This document shows, piece by piece, positions 1-8,459 of a stretch of DNA of 33,106 nucleotides (position 1 is the stretch's first letter; the number at the start of each line of letters is the position of its first letter). Both the position numbers and the translations under genes were made by a program. The stretch comes from Clostridiales bacterium (GTDB taxonomy: Bacteria; Bacillota; Clostridia; Christensenellales; Aristaeellaceae): the NCBI GenBank assembly GCA_022776785.1, contig JALFHA010000026.1, positions 1-33,106 on the forward strand. The letters are read 5' to 3'. Below the pieces are notes generated by a model. It did no database searches. It was not told where the DNA came from and saw nothing but the letters and a program-made list of their open reading frames with translations.

Positions 1-3000
1 GCCTCCGGCGTTCAGCCCGCCGTTTCGGGAAAGCAGCTCGTCCCATGTAAAGCCGCTCGCCTGCCTCGCCAGGTTGAGCAGCGTCGCCGTCCGCTCGCTG
101 TGCTCTTCCGGGATGGCCCATTCCGGCCCGGCCTCGCCGAATATGCTCGGCTCGTCTGCGCGTCCGCCCTCCGCGAAGTACCTCCCTCTTGGCACGCCGG
201 ACGTGCCTGCATAGAAGCCATGCACCGTCACCGTGATGCTCCGCCCGTCCTGCGCGTCGATGGCGCTTGCAAGCCCGCTCGTATCGCCTCCCACGTTCTC
301 CGTGAGCTGCATTCCGTCGCGCGCCGCGATTTCAGCATCAAGCCCACTGGCGTCAGCAGTCAGCGCAATCTGTACCTCCTGCGCTTCCTGCCCGTCTTCC
401 ATGCCATCCGTGACGATGTTGCCCTGAATCTCTACCTCGCCAACCTGATCCGGCAGGCCGTCCGTGTTGACTTCCGGCGTCATCTGCACCTTGAATTCCT
501 GCCCGCTCAGCAGCATGAACGCCGCCGCGTAGTCGCTCACGCCCTCAAACCCTGCGGGAATCTGCACGGTGGACAGGTCGACGATTTCGCCAAGCTGGCT
601 GATAATGCCCTCAAGGCCAGTGGTAAGCCCGCTGGATTTCAGCGTCTCGACATATCCCGCAAAGTTTCTGCTGCCCGTGAGCATGTCATTGGTGAGCGTT
701 TCCCATGCGGTCTGCGCGTAGTTCGCCTCACCGCTCATGAACAGCATCTCAAGGTCATGCTTTACACCCGCAAGCTCGGCGTTGTCTTTCGTGTAGAGCT
801 GCGCGCCATAGCCGCCATATGCCGCCGTCAGGATCGGCCCGCCGTTGAGCAGTTCGTATATCGCCGCCATCTGGCTGTATCGGTTCGCTCCAGCAATGTC
901 CCCCCTCTCTGCTGCATAGGCCGCCTGCTCAATCAGCATGTCATATCCGCCGAGGTCTTCAGCCGCGTTCATCAGGAAGCCGATCATCTGCTTCTTTTTC
1001 CACGCGTCCATGCCAAACGCGTCATTGAATGCGTTGAATGCCTCATTGTCTACGATGCCCGTCTGCAAATAGCTGTCCGCAGCGTTTTTGAGCAGCTCCC
1101 ACTCCTCCTCAAAGTCGCTGCCTTTAATCATTTGCTCGTTCAGCTTGAACAGCGTCTCATTGAACGCCTGATAAAACGCCGCTCTTTTCCGTTCTGACGA
1201 CTGTGTCCATGCGTCATATGCCGCCTGCTTGGATTCCGGCGTGACGAGCTCGCCGTTAACCATCTCGCCCATGTGCTCGTCGTAGAAGAGCATCAAATTA
1301 TACAGTTCCTCGTCAAGATCTGTCTGCTTGAGCTCCCACTGCGAATCGCGCAGCTCTAATGCTTCTTCTACAATCTTGTCATAGCCCTCGACGCCCAGCC
1401 GCTGCGCCTTGCGCATGAGCCTCTGCTGCTCAAGGAAGTTCTGCCTGTCCAGCTCCTTAGCCACCAGCTCGTTATAGGAGTCCATCCACGACTGGATGTT
1501 GGCCGTTTCCTCCTCGGTCAGCTTGCCGTCCTCAAACGCGCTCGTCATCGCATCGCGCAGGCCCTGCCCAATCTTTTGCGCATCCTCTACCGCGTCCTCA
1601 TATCCGAGATTCAGGATGCTGAACATCTGGCTCCATACGCTGTCCTCATCAAGGTCGGTGTATTCCTCAACGCCTGCAAGGTCAAGCAGCGTGTAGTTCT
1701 TCGCCGAGTAGCTGCCGTCCAGTCCCGCCAGCACAGCGTTTCGCATCTGGTCGCCAAGGCTGCTGAGCTCGTTGATGTCCTGATCCGTCAGCGTCTTGTT
1801 TGTAAGCATGGCCTCGACCAGCTTGCCGCTCAGCGTGGAAGAGGCCGTATTGTAGCTTGCAACCGCCTGATCGAGCGCGGTTTTGTAGCTGTTGATTTTT
1901 TCTGATGACCCGGAAAATGCTTCACCAAGGCTGCTCAGGTATCCGCCAATCACGCTCTCGTCGAGCGTCAGGTCGCCAAACCTGTCCTTGTACGACGTAT
2001 TGTACAGATCATTGAGCGCAGCAGCCGCGCTGGTGAGCGCCAGCGCGGCCAGCATGGCGGCCTTGCCCCATGTCATGCTTCCGAGGAATTTGAGCGCCGC
2101 GCCCGCGACCTTGAGCCCCGGCCCGGCCAGCGCAATCGCCTCCAGCCCGCTCACCAGCGCGCTGAATTTGGCGGAATCCATGCTGTTGAAGCCGTTGACG
2201 GTGCCGGTCAGCGTTTCCGCCCACCAGCCCACCTCGTCCTTGAGCGCGCCGCCCGCGTTGAGCTTGAGCACGTCCCACGCCGCCTGAAGCGCGCGCATCG
2301 AGCCGCCAAGCCCGCTCTCCATCACATCCGCCGCATACTCGGTGTAGCCCTCGCTCCGGTTTTTGATGCTGGCATACAGGGCGTCCAGCGTGCCGTTTGC
2401 CGCAGCCTCCACAAACGCCAGCGCGCCCGTGATCGTCCTCGTCGGGAAGATGGCGGAGAGCACGCGGTTGCGATCCTGCTCCGTCATTCTGGATGTCGCG
2501 CGGCTCAGGTCTGTGAAGATGTCAATGAAGCTCTTGAGCTTGCCCCGCGAATTGTAGGCGGAAAAGCCCGCCTCGGCGAGCAGCCGGTTGGCCTCCTCCA
2601 GCCCCTCCGTGTTGCTGTACGCCTCGATGAGCTCCTGCTCCGTCAGGGACAGGCCCTCCATCTCCTCCGCCGCCTTCTGCGTCGGCGCGATGATGCGGAT
2701 CATGCTGTTTCTCAGCAGCGTGCCCGCCTCGGTGCCCTTGGTGCCCGTGTTCGCCAGCACGGAGAGCATCGTCGCCGCCGCGGCCATGTCGCCCTTAAAG
2801 AATTGCAGCGTCGAGCCCATCTTCTGGAACGCCTCGCCCATCTCCGGCACGGTCGTGCTGGCCCTGTTCGCGGCGTATACCCACATGTCGGCAAAGTCCG
2901 CCATGTCCTCAAAGCCGATGCGCGAGGCGTTGGTGATGTCTACGAGGTATTCAAGGCCGGTCGCCAGCTCCATGCCGCCCGCCAGCGATGCGTTCATGGC

Positions 3001-3372
3001 GACCGGCACGCCGGTCAGGATTTTTTCCAAATCCCAGCCCGCGTGGGCGGCGTTGGATATGGCGCCCGCCACGTCCTCCGTCGTAAACCGGCTGCCGGCC
3101 GCCCACGACCTCGCGGCCTCGTCGAGCTGCGCCATGGCCTTTGCCAGCTCGCTCGTCGTGGCGTACTGCGTGCGCAGCGCCACCTGCGTCTCCAGCATGG
3201 CGTCCTCGTATGTCGTATACGTCTGTACGCCCGCTTTGCCGAATTCAATCAGCTTTTGCGAAACCGGGTCAATCGTGTTCCCCAGCTCCGAGAGCGCTGC
3301 GCCAAGCTGCTTGAACGACGCCGCCTGCTTTCCCGCGATGACGATTGTCGCCGTCAGTGTTCTTCCGGCCAT
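1..3372 (-). CDS. Phage tail tape-measure protein, first 1,124 codons; the 3' end lies beyond the left window edge
   Basis: It is absent from the ORF track because there is no in-window stop. Hand translation from ATG 3372 (RBS GGAGGGG upstream) stays open to nt 1: MAGRTLTATIVIAGKQAASFKQLG... It has a TP901-type core (DMWVYAANRASTTVPEMGEAFQKMGS, GTEAGTLLRNSMIR), a Gly/Ala hydrophobic stretch and long helical regions. No other minus-frame ORF competes. Confidence 0.85.
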   Translation of the reverse strand, partial: MAGRTLTATIVIAGKQAASFKQLGAALSELGNTIDPVSQKLIEFGKAGVQTYTTYEDAMLETQVALRTQYATTSELAKAMAQLDEAARSWAAGSRFTTEDVAGAISNAAHAGWDLEKILTGVPVAMNASLAGGMELATGLEYLVDITNASRIGFEDMADFADMWVYAANRASTTVPEMGEAFQKMGSTLQFFKGDMAAAATMLSVLANTGTKGTEAGTLLRNSMIRIIAPTQKAAEEMEGLSLTEQELIEAYSNTEGLEEANRLLAEAGFSAYNSRGKLKSFIDIFTDLSRATSRMTEQDRNRVLSAIFPTRTITGALAFVEAAANGTLDALYASIKNRSEGYTEYAADVMESGLGGSMRALQAAWDVLKLNAGGALKDEVGWWAETLTGTVNGFNSMDSAKFSALVSGLEAIALAGPGLKVAGAALKFLGSMTWGKAAMLAALALTSAAAALNDLYNTSYKDRFGDLTLDESVIGGYLSSLGEAFSGSSEKINSYKTALDQAVASYNTASSTLSGKLVEAMLTNKTLTDQDINELSSLGDQMRNAVLAGLDGSYSAKNYTLLDLAGVEEYTDLDEDSVWSQMFSILNLGYEDAVEDAQKIGQGLRDAMTSAFEDGKLTEEETANIQSWMDSYNELVAKELDRQNFLEQQRLMRKAQRLGVEGYDKIVEEALELRDSQWELKQTDLDEELYNLMLFYDEHMGEMVNGELVTPESKQAAYDAWTQSSERKRAAFYQAFNETLFKLNEQMIKGSDFEEEWELLKNAADSYLQTGIVDNEAFNAFNDAFGMDAWKKKQMIGFLMNAAEDLGGYDMLIEQAAYAAERGDIAGANRYSQMAAIYELLNGGPILTAAYGGYGAQLYTKDNAELAGVKHDLEMLFMSGEANYAQTAWETLTNDMLTGSRNFAGYVETLKSSGLTTGLEGIISQLGEIVDLSTVQIPAGFEGVSDYAAAFMLLSGQEFKVQMTPEVNTDGLPDQVGEVEIQGNIVTDGMEDGQEAQEVQIALTADASGLDAEIAARDGMQLTENVGGDTSGLASAIDAQDGRSITVTVHGFYAGTSGVPRGRYFAEGGRADEPSIFGEAGPEWAIPEEHSERTATLLNLARQASGFTWDELLSRNGGLNAGG

Positions 3373-3400
3373 TTTGCTCCCCTCCTGCCCGCTGCGTCAC

Positions 3401-3610
3401 TCAGATGGCGTCAAGTATTCTGCCTGTGCCGTCGTCAAACAAAAAGAAAAAGACCCAGTCCCCCTCGGCATAGGTCTTTCCTCCCAACGCGCGGATTTTT
3501 GGCGTCGTCACCCCGTCCCGCGAGTACGACTGCACGATATATGCGCCGTCCTCCGCCCGCAAAATCACGCCGCGCTCCATCACCGCGCCGTAGCTTTCCC
3601 CGTCCATCAT
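3401..3610 (-). CDS. Hypothetical 69-aa phage protein between the sheath-like gene and the tape measure
   Basis: The ORF has a GGGAGG RBS about 9 nt upstream and GC-rich third codon positions. The sequence looks beta-rich (GDWVFFFLFDDGTGRILDAI). No family was recognised. Confidence 0.5.
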   Translation of the reverse strand: MMDGESYGAVMERGVILRAEDGAYIVQSYSRDGVTTPKIRALGGKTYAEGDWVFFFLFDDGTGRILDAI

Positions 3611-3626
3611 CCGTCATTTCCTCCCG

Positions 3627-5384
3627 CTATGCGATCGTCCGTATGCACCGCAGCAGGCGCGCAGCGCTGCGCTTGTGCACGAAGTCGTGCTTCACCTCGT
3701 CCGCCAGCCACTCTCCGCTCAGGTCAGACGCGCTCACGATGTCAATTCTGCACATCGCCGTCATGGCGATATCCAGCTCCGTTTCAATGTCAAGCGTCTC
3801 CGTCTGCCGGTTGGCGCAAAGCAGCATCCCGCGTGCCCAGCGTCCGGCGGTCACATCGTCCATCGCCGGGGCGTCGCAGACCACCATGCACGCGCCGGAC
3901 GGCACAGCCGCGTCCGACGCGGATGCGCTCGCATACGGCGTTTTGACGATGCAGCTCTGCATTTTCTGCCCGCTTCGCCTTCTGTAGCGCACGCCGTCCC
4001 GGTCGGCATCGATGCGCAGCGTCTCGCTCACTGCGCCATCCTGCGCCGCGCCAATCGATATGGCGGTGTATCTCCCGCCGTATGTCTTGATGAGCGCGTC
4101 AAGCCGCGTCTGCTCCTGCGCCGCGATGCTGGCGATGTCGTTTTTCGTCATGGGCTTGTCCACGTCGGATGCGCGCCTGTGCTGGAAGTCGTTGCTGACG
4201 TAGTACATCATCATGCGGCTCGTCTCGCTGACGTTGATCTGGTCTGCGTCGCTCTGGCTGTAGTCCGCGCTGTGGCAGCCCCAGAGCGCCCATCTGCCGC
4301 CGACATAGGCGGCGGAGGCAATGCCGTTTTTGCACAGCATCTCGTTGATGGCGGTGTCGTCGTACATCCTGCCCCTCGCGCTCTCGCCGAGGTACAGGTT
4401 GCGGATGACGTCGCACGCCGTGTTGCTCGCCGTCATGTAGGGGATGCCGTCATTCTCAAGCAGCAGCTTCTGGAAGTTGGCCGCCGCCAGCACGCTCAGG
4501 TGGTACATTCGCCCGTCCGTGCCCTCCGCCATCGGGAAGTACACGGTCTCGTTCGGCATGCTGTAGCCGTTCGCCGTCTTCCATGCGCTCGCCTTTGCCA
4601 TCGTCAGCGGCCCGTCCTCCGTGGCAATGGGCAGGTCGGTGAACATGTAGGCATCCCAGTGGCCGTTGATCTTCCGGCTGTTCTGCGCCATGGCCGCGTG
4701 CACCTGGGGCATCTGCGAAAAGCCCGGCGCCAGCAGGAAGGAGGGGATCACGCCCGTCTCCTGGTAAACGTTTTTCAGCGCATACACGCCGGTGTTGACG
4801 CCGTCCTCGTCCGTCGTGCCAATCACGTCCTGCGCCGTCACGGCGGCGGGGTCGATTTCGGAATAGGTAATCGTGAGCGCTTCCGTGCCCAGCGCGCCCT
4901 TTCTCAGCTCGGTGATCGTCAGCGTCTTCCTTGCGCTGTCGTATGCCGCGGCGTAGTCCGTGCCGCGCGCCTTTGTCTGCGAGCCCGTCTTGACCTCCAC
5001 CGTGTCAAGGATCACGCTCTCAGCCTCCGCCAGCGTCACCCTGCCGTTTTCAGGCGTCATCGTCCTGCTTGCCTTTTCCGACTTGGCGTGCTTTGCCGGG
5101 TCGAGCACGTTGATGAGCACCAGCGGGCCGACGCCGCTGCGCTCAAAGTGCGCGTGCATCGCCTCGCAGAGCGTGTAGCCCGCATAGTCGTCGCTGTAGC
5201 CAAAGCGCTTTTTGGCGTCTGCGATGTTCTCCACGAGCACGGGCCTGTTCACATTGTCCGCGCCGCCGGTCAGGGTGTGCACCGGCGCGGTGCCGATGTA
5301 GACGATGGCGTTTTTCGATCTGGCGGAAACGCGGCTGGAAACCGCCTCGATTTCGCCGTATGTGCCATGCAAATAGTCATCCAT
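3627..5384 (-). CDS. Contractile tail sheath-like protein (P2 FI / Mu L-like) with a C-terminal extension of roughly 100 aa
   Basis: This is a 585-aa ORF. The N-terminus MDDYLHGTYGEIEAV...AIVYIGTAPVH and the motif VIGTTDEDGVNTGVYALKNVYQETGVIPSFLLAPGF resemble P2 FI (IIGTTDENGQYTGLKAM...GVKPRILGVPGL). GGRWALWGCHSADY resembles GFRFWGNRTCSDD. Sheath-like similarity fades near aa 475, but the frame stays open with coding-like third positions. Confidence 0.7.
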   Translation of the reverse strand: MDDYLHGTYGEIEAVSSRVSARSKNAIVYIGTAPVHTLTGGADNVNRPVLVENIADAKKRFGYSDDYAGYTLCEAMHAHFERSGVGPLVLINVLDPAKHAKSEKASRTMTPENGRVTLAEAESVILDTVEVKTGSQTKARGTDYAAAYDSARKTLTITELRKGALGTEALTITYSEIDPAAVTAQDVIGTTDEDGVNTGVYALKNVYQETGVIPSFLLAPGFSQMPQVHAAMAQNSRKINGHWDAYMFTDLPIATEDGPLTMAKASAWKTANGYSMPNETVYFPMAEGTDGRMYHLSVLAAANFQKLLLENDGIPYMTASNTACDVIRNLYLGESARGRMYDDTAINEMLCKNGIASAAYVGGRWALWGCHSADYSQSDADQINVSETSRMMMYYVSNDFQHRRASDVDKPMTKNDIASIAAQEQTRLDALIKTYGGRYTAISIGAAQDGAVSETLRIDADRDGVRYRRRSGQKMQSCIVKTPYASASASDAAVPSGACMVVCDAPAMDDVTAGRWARGMLLCANRQTETLDIETELDIAMTAMCRIDIVSASDLSGEWLADEVKHDFVHKRSAARLLRCIRTIA

Positions 5385-5400
5385 GTCGTTTTACCTCCGT

Positions 5401-6057
5401 TCATAAAAGCAATTTTTCAATCTGGCTTGCGCACCTGTCGTCCGCGTAGCAGCCAAACTCCGCCCTCACAAAGCCATAGTAGACAGGCCGCTTGTCCACA
5501 GCGAAGCTCTGATCCATGTAAGGCGACGAAGCAAGCTGCTCCTCGTGCAAAAACAGGTCGGAATTGGGGATATGCATGTCCGCAAGCAGCCTGCTCACGC
5601 AGTCGTCTATCCAGTCGTACAGTGTAAAAAGGCCCTCGCGCGTCCCCTCGACGAGCTTCGTCATGTCAAGCCCGTTCGGGTCGTCCGCGCTGTCGATAAA
5701 GCCGGGCAGCCGGATGCCCGGCTCATATACGGAAAACAGCATGTCCACGCAGAGGGTCTGCCCCAGCTCCCTTGGCCTTGAAACGCCGTTGTATCGGTCA
5801 AAGCGCCTTTCCTCCACCCGCTTTGCATAGGACGGCGCGGGCATGATGGTGATGGACGGGCAGACAGAAAACGGATTGCTCTGCAGCAGCCCGCTTTCGT
5901 CCGGGCGCATCGGCTGCCAGCCAATAAAGACGCGCGGCTCCTGCCTGCGAATCTGCGTGATGTCAAAGTTTTCTCCGGGCGCTTTCATTTCGCGCCCCCT
6001 GCACAGGTTCTCATAAACCCATGCTTCCAGCGCGCAGAGCCTTTCCCTCGTTCGCAT
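5401..6057 (-). CDS. Hypothetical virion protein (neck/tail-completion region)
   Basis: This 218-aa ORF is tightly packed between the connector-region genes and the sheath gene. Its start shares nt 6057 with the last base of the stop codon of the 6057-6398 ORF (1-nt overlap). No family was recognised. Confidence 0.55.
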   Translation of the reverse strand: MRTRERLCALEAWVYENLCRGREMKAPGENFDITQIRRQEPRVFIGWQPMRPDESGLLQSNPFSVCPSITIMPAPSYAKRVEERRFDRYNGVSRPRELGQTLCVDMLFSVYEPGIRLPGFIDSADDPNGLDMTKLVEGTREGLFTLYDWIDDCVSRLLADMHIPNSDLFLHEEQLASSPYMDQSFAVDKRPVYYGFVRAEFGCYADDRCASQIEKLLL

Positions 6058-6398
6058 TATCCCTGCATCTCCCTCGGATTAAAGGTCGTCAGCGTGATGG
6101 ATACCATGCCCAGATTGTCCTGCACGTCGAGTATCTTCATCGGTCGCCTGTCGAAGTAGCCGTGGTCGTTGGGCTGAAGCCTCCCCGGAAATTCTCCCTT
6201 CGCCACATACAGCACAATCTCCGCGATGTTTTCACTCCACGCAATGTCCACGACGTTGTTGTTGCGCCGCTTGAGCGCCTCCTCCTCGTCGGTCACGCAC
6301 TGAAACGGCCTGCCGTTCCAGGTGTGCCGCTCGGCAAAGTGCTCGGGATTGAGAAAGACGCGGTGTACGTCCTCACGGATTCTGTCCTGAAGCGCCAT
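6057..6398 (-). CDS. Hypothetical head-tail connector-region protein
   Basis: This 113-aa ORF lies in the head-to-tail junction block. No family was recognised. Confidence 0.55.
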   Translation of the reverse strand: MALQDRIREDVHRVFLNPEHFAERHTWNGRPFQCVTDEEEALKRRNNNVVDIAWSENIAEIVLYVAKGEFPGRLQPNDHGYFDRRPMKILDVQDNLGMVSITLTTFNPREMQG

Positions 6399-6531
6399 CC
6401 TGCTTTCCCTTTCTGGCGGCTTTGGCAGTCTCCGCCTTGCAGATCACGGCCTTCCCCTGCTCCATCAGGCGCAGGGCGTAGCTCTCGTTCACGTCGATAG
6501 CCTCTCCCGTTTTCAGAATCGTCACCTTCAC
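6373..6531 (-). CDS. Possible unlisted 52-aa ORF (MKVTILKTGEAIDVNESYALRLMEQGKAVICKAE...)
   Basis: The GTG start at 6531 lies 8 nt after a GGAGG and overlaps the upstream stop as GTGA. The ORF fills the otherwise empty 6399-6527 gap and overlaps the next ATG. It is below the 60-aa track cutoff. Confidence 0.3.
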   Translation of the reverse strand: MKVTILKTGEAIDVNESYALRLMEQGKAVICKAETAKAARKGKQDGASGQNP

Positions 6532-6941
6532 TTGCTCTTCCTCCTTGCGGCAGTCCGCTTTTCAGCCGCCTTTTTTCCTTCACCCGCGCCGGATACGATG
6601 CCCGCCATCACGTCGATTTCCGGCGCTTCCTCGTCCTCGCAGGGCTCCTGCGCCGAATCCTCCGCGGAATCCGCGTTCTGCGCATCCGCGCCAGCGCCCT
6701 GCCCATCCTGCGGCGCGCTCTGCACGTCCCGCGGCGCGCGCTGCGCAGGCTCGCCGCCGGGCGCATCGCCGTGCGGTTCATCCTGCCCGTCAGGCGCAGC
6801 GCTGCGCACGGGAGGGTCGGGCGCAATCTCACGGATTGCGCCCGCCTCCTTGAGCCACTGGATGGTTTCCTCCGGGATGCTCTCCGGCAGAATCTCGCCC
6901 GGAGCCGCCACCTGTCCGATATAGGTCTTTGCTGCGTACAT
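6528..6941 (-). CDS. Hypothetical phage protein with an acidic Pro/Gly/Asp/Gln-rich, probably disordered, C-terminal two-thirds
   Basis: This 137-aa ORF lies directly downstream of the major capsid gene, in the position of lambda FI-type genes. The function is not recognised. Confidence 0.55.
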   Translation of the reverse strand: MYAAKTYIGQVAAPGEILPESIPEETIQWLKEAGAIREIAPDPPVRSAAPDGQDEPHGDAPGGEPAQRAPRDVQSAPQDGQGAGADAQNADSAEDSAQEPCEDEEAPEIDVMAGIVSGAGEGKKAAEKRTAARRKSK

Positions 6942-6957
6942 GGCTTCCCTTTCTGCC

Positions 6958-7995
6958 TTAGAGCACCTTCGCCACGCACCAGCCGTCCACGTTCTCGGGC
7001 ACGACGGTCGGGCAGGAGGTCAGGCGGTTCTTGACGGCATTGCTTTCGATGCTGCCATAGCGAAGCGGCACCTGCTTCTTGATGTAGGTCTTGTGCTGCG
7101 CGCCCGGGCCGTTGTCCTCCACCTGCGTCACCGGGCCGAAGTGCATCCGCACAATGCCCTCGCTGCCTGCAATCAGGTGTCCGCTCGGGATCACCGGCTT
7201 GCTCACGCCGTCGTCGTCGATGAACGTGCCGCTCAGGGAGTACATCTCCACGCCGTCGCTGTTCCAGCCGATGAAGCGCACGCCGCTGCCGCGGTACTGC
7301 GTGTTCAGCTTGCCCATGTCGATGTTTCTGCTGTCAAACAGCTTGATGTAGTCGCTGTTGTCGCGCAGGCACGCGGCAACGTCCGGCGCCATCCAGATGC
7401 GGTCAACGTAGCCAAGTCCCTCGTACACGAGATCAAAGATCGCGTGCATGTCGTCGTCGATCTTCGCGCCTGCCGTGTTCCACTTGGTGAGCGGAACATA
7501 GCTGTTGGTGAAGCCGTAGTCGGCAATCGACGTGGTGTGCAGGCTCCTGCCCTCGTTGGTGTAGGTGAACACGGACAGCTTGCCCGTGAGCAGCACCTGC
7601 CGCACCATCCACTCGTAGCGCCGCTGAATCGCCTTGCGCATGTCCATCAGGTCGCGCGCCAGCAGCTTGCGCTCGCGCTCCTGCGGCGTCATCGCGCCCA
7701 GCACGCGCTCCCCGAAGGAGCGGCCCTTGAGGTTCTGATCCTCGATGATGCGCTCCGGCGCGATGCAGCAGAAGGAGATTTCCCGCGTCTCAAAGCCGTC
7801 GCGCTCCATCAGCACGCCGCCCGTTCCGGGGTGCACCGTCGGGGCCATGCGGCGGCTGCCCTTGCGGTAGTCCCAGATGGCCTTTTCGTCCTCCACCGTG
7901 CCCGCGTCACGGCAGAAGAAGTCGAACAGCGCAGAGTATTCGCGCGGCATCTGCTCAATCGCCGCAAGCTGCGCTCTGGTAGAGTAAATGTCCAT
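6958..7995 (-). CDS. Major capsid protein, lambda gpE family
   Basis: The ORF is 345 aa and starts MDIYSTRAQLAAIEQMPREYSALFDFF. Length and position after the gpD-like gene match the lambda E family (Phage_cap_E). Confidence 0.9.
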   Translation of the reverse strand: MDIYSTRAQLAAIEQMPREYSALFDFFCRDAGTVEDEKAIWDYRKGSRRMAPTVHPGTGGVLMERDGFETREISFCCIAPERIIEDQNLKGRSFGERVLGAMTPQERERKLLARDLMDMRKAIQRRYEWMVRQVLLTGKLSVFTYTNEGRSLHTTSIADYGFTNSYVPLTKWNTAGAKIDDDMHAIFDLVYEGLGYVDRIWMAPDVAACLRDNSDYIKLFDSRNIDMGKLNTQYRGSGVRFIGWNSDGVEMYSLSGTFIDDDGVSKPVIPSGHLIAGSEGIVRMHFGPVTQVEDNGPGAQHKTYIKKQVPLRYGSIESNAVKNRLTSCPTVVPENVDGWCVAKVL

Positions 7996-8017
7996 GCCTC
8001 ATTCCCCCTTTTCAGTC

Positions 8018-8443
8018 TCAGGAGCCGGTCACGGCGTTGGTGAACGTCGCGGTGCTCTCCTTCTGGTTAAACACAATGCCCTGCATCCGCAGGATGACCT
8101 TGTGCGCCGCCGTGAGCGCCGCGCCAGCGGCCAGCGTCACCGCGCCGTCAATAAAGCGGCCCGCGCGGTATGCGCCCGCATCCTCGGCCACGGCGGTCAC
8201 GCCGGAGCCGGGGGCCTCGCCGGTGGCTGTGTCCTCGCCCAGCACGGCAAGCTGGCTTCCGCTCGTCACATTGGCGCTTTCCGCCGGTGCCCACAGGCCG
8301 CTTTCCTTGCGGAACATCACCACGCCTGCGGCGATGTCGCCGTGGCCCGGCTCGCAGGGAATGGCGATCACGTCAGCGCCCTGCGGGTCGGCGAGCAGGT
8401 TCTTCATGTTCGATCTGCCAATCACGGAATACATGCTTTTCAA
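8018..8443 (-). CDS. Head decoration protein, lambda gpD-like
   Basis: The tracked ORF (to 8557) overlaps the protease gene, so the start was trimmed to TTG 8443 (GGAGGGGAG upstream). ATG 8434 is an alternative start. The Gly/Ala-rich ~140-aa protein sits between the protease and capsid genes, as in lambda. Confidence 0.7.
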   Translation of the reverse strand: MKSMYSVIGRSNMKNLLADPQGADVIAIPCEPGHGDIAAGVVMFRKESGLWAPAESANVTSGSQLAVLGEDTATGEAPGSGVTAVAEDAGAYRAGRFIDGAVTLAAGAALTAAHKVILRMQGIVFNQKESTATFTNAVTGS

Positions 8444-8459
8444 CGCTTCTCCCCTCCTC

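Noticed and set aside
3401-3617. T-rich tract (GTCTTTTTCTTTTTGTTTG on the coding strand) in the 69-aa ORF as a programmed frameshift site for a tail-chaperone pair
   Set aside because: A -1 shift enters the frame that stops at 3435, almost immediately. A +1 shift would enter the tape-measure frame upstream of its ATG without producing a chaperone-like extension. No G/GT-type architecture results.
100-5627. Very long plus-strand ORFs (100-1197, 2588-3946, 2803-3987, 3675-5627 and others) antisense to the tail genes
   Set aside because: Their translations are Arg/Ala/His/Pro-rich and low in complexity. This is typical of shadow ORFs in high-GC DNA. The minus strand carries recognisable tape-measure and sheath proteins with proper ribosome binding sites.
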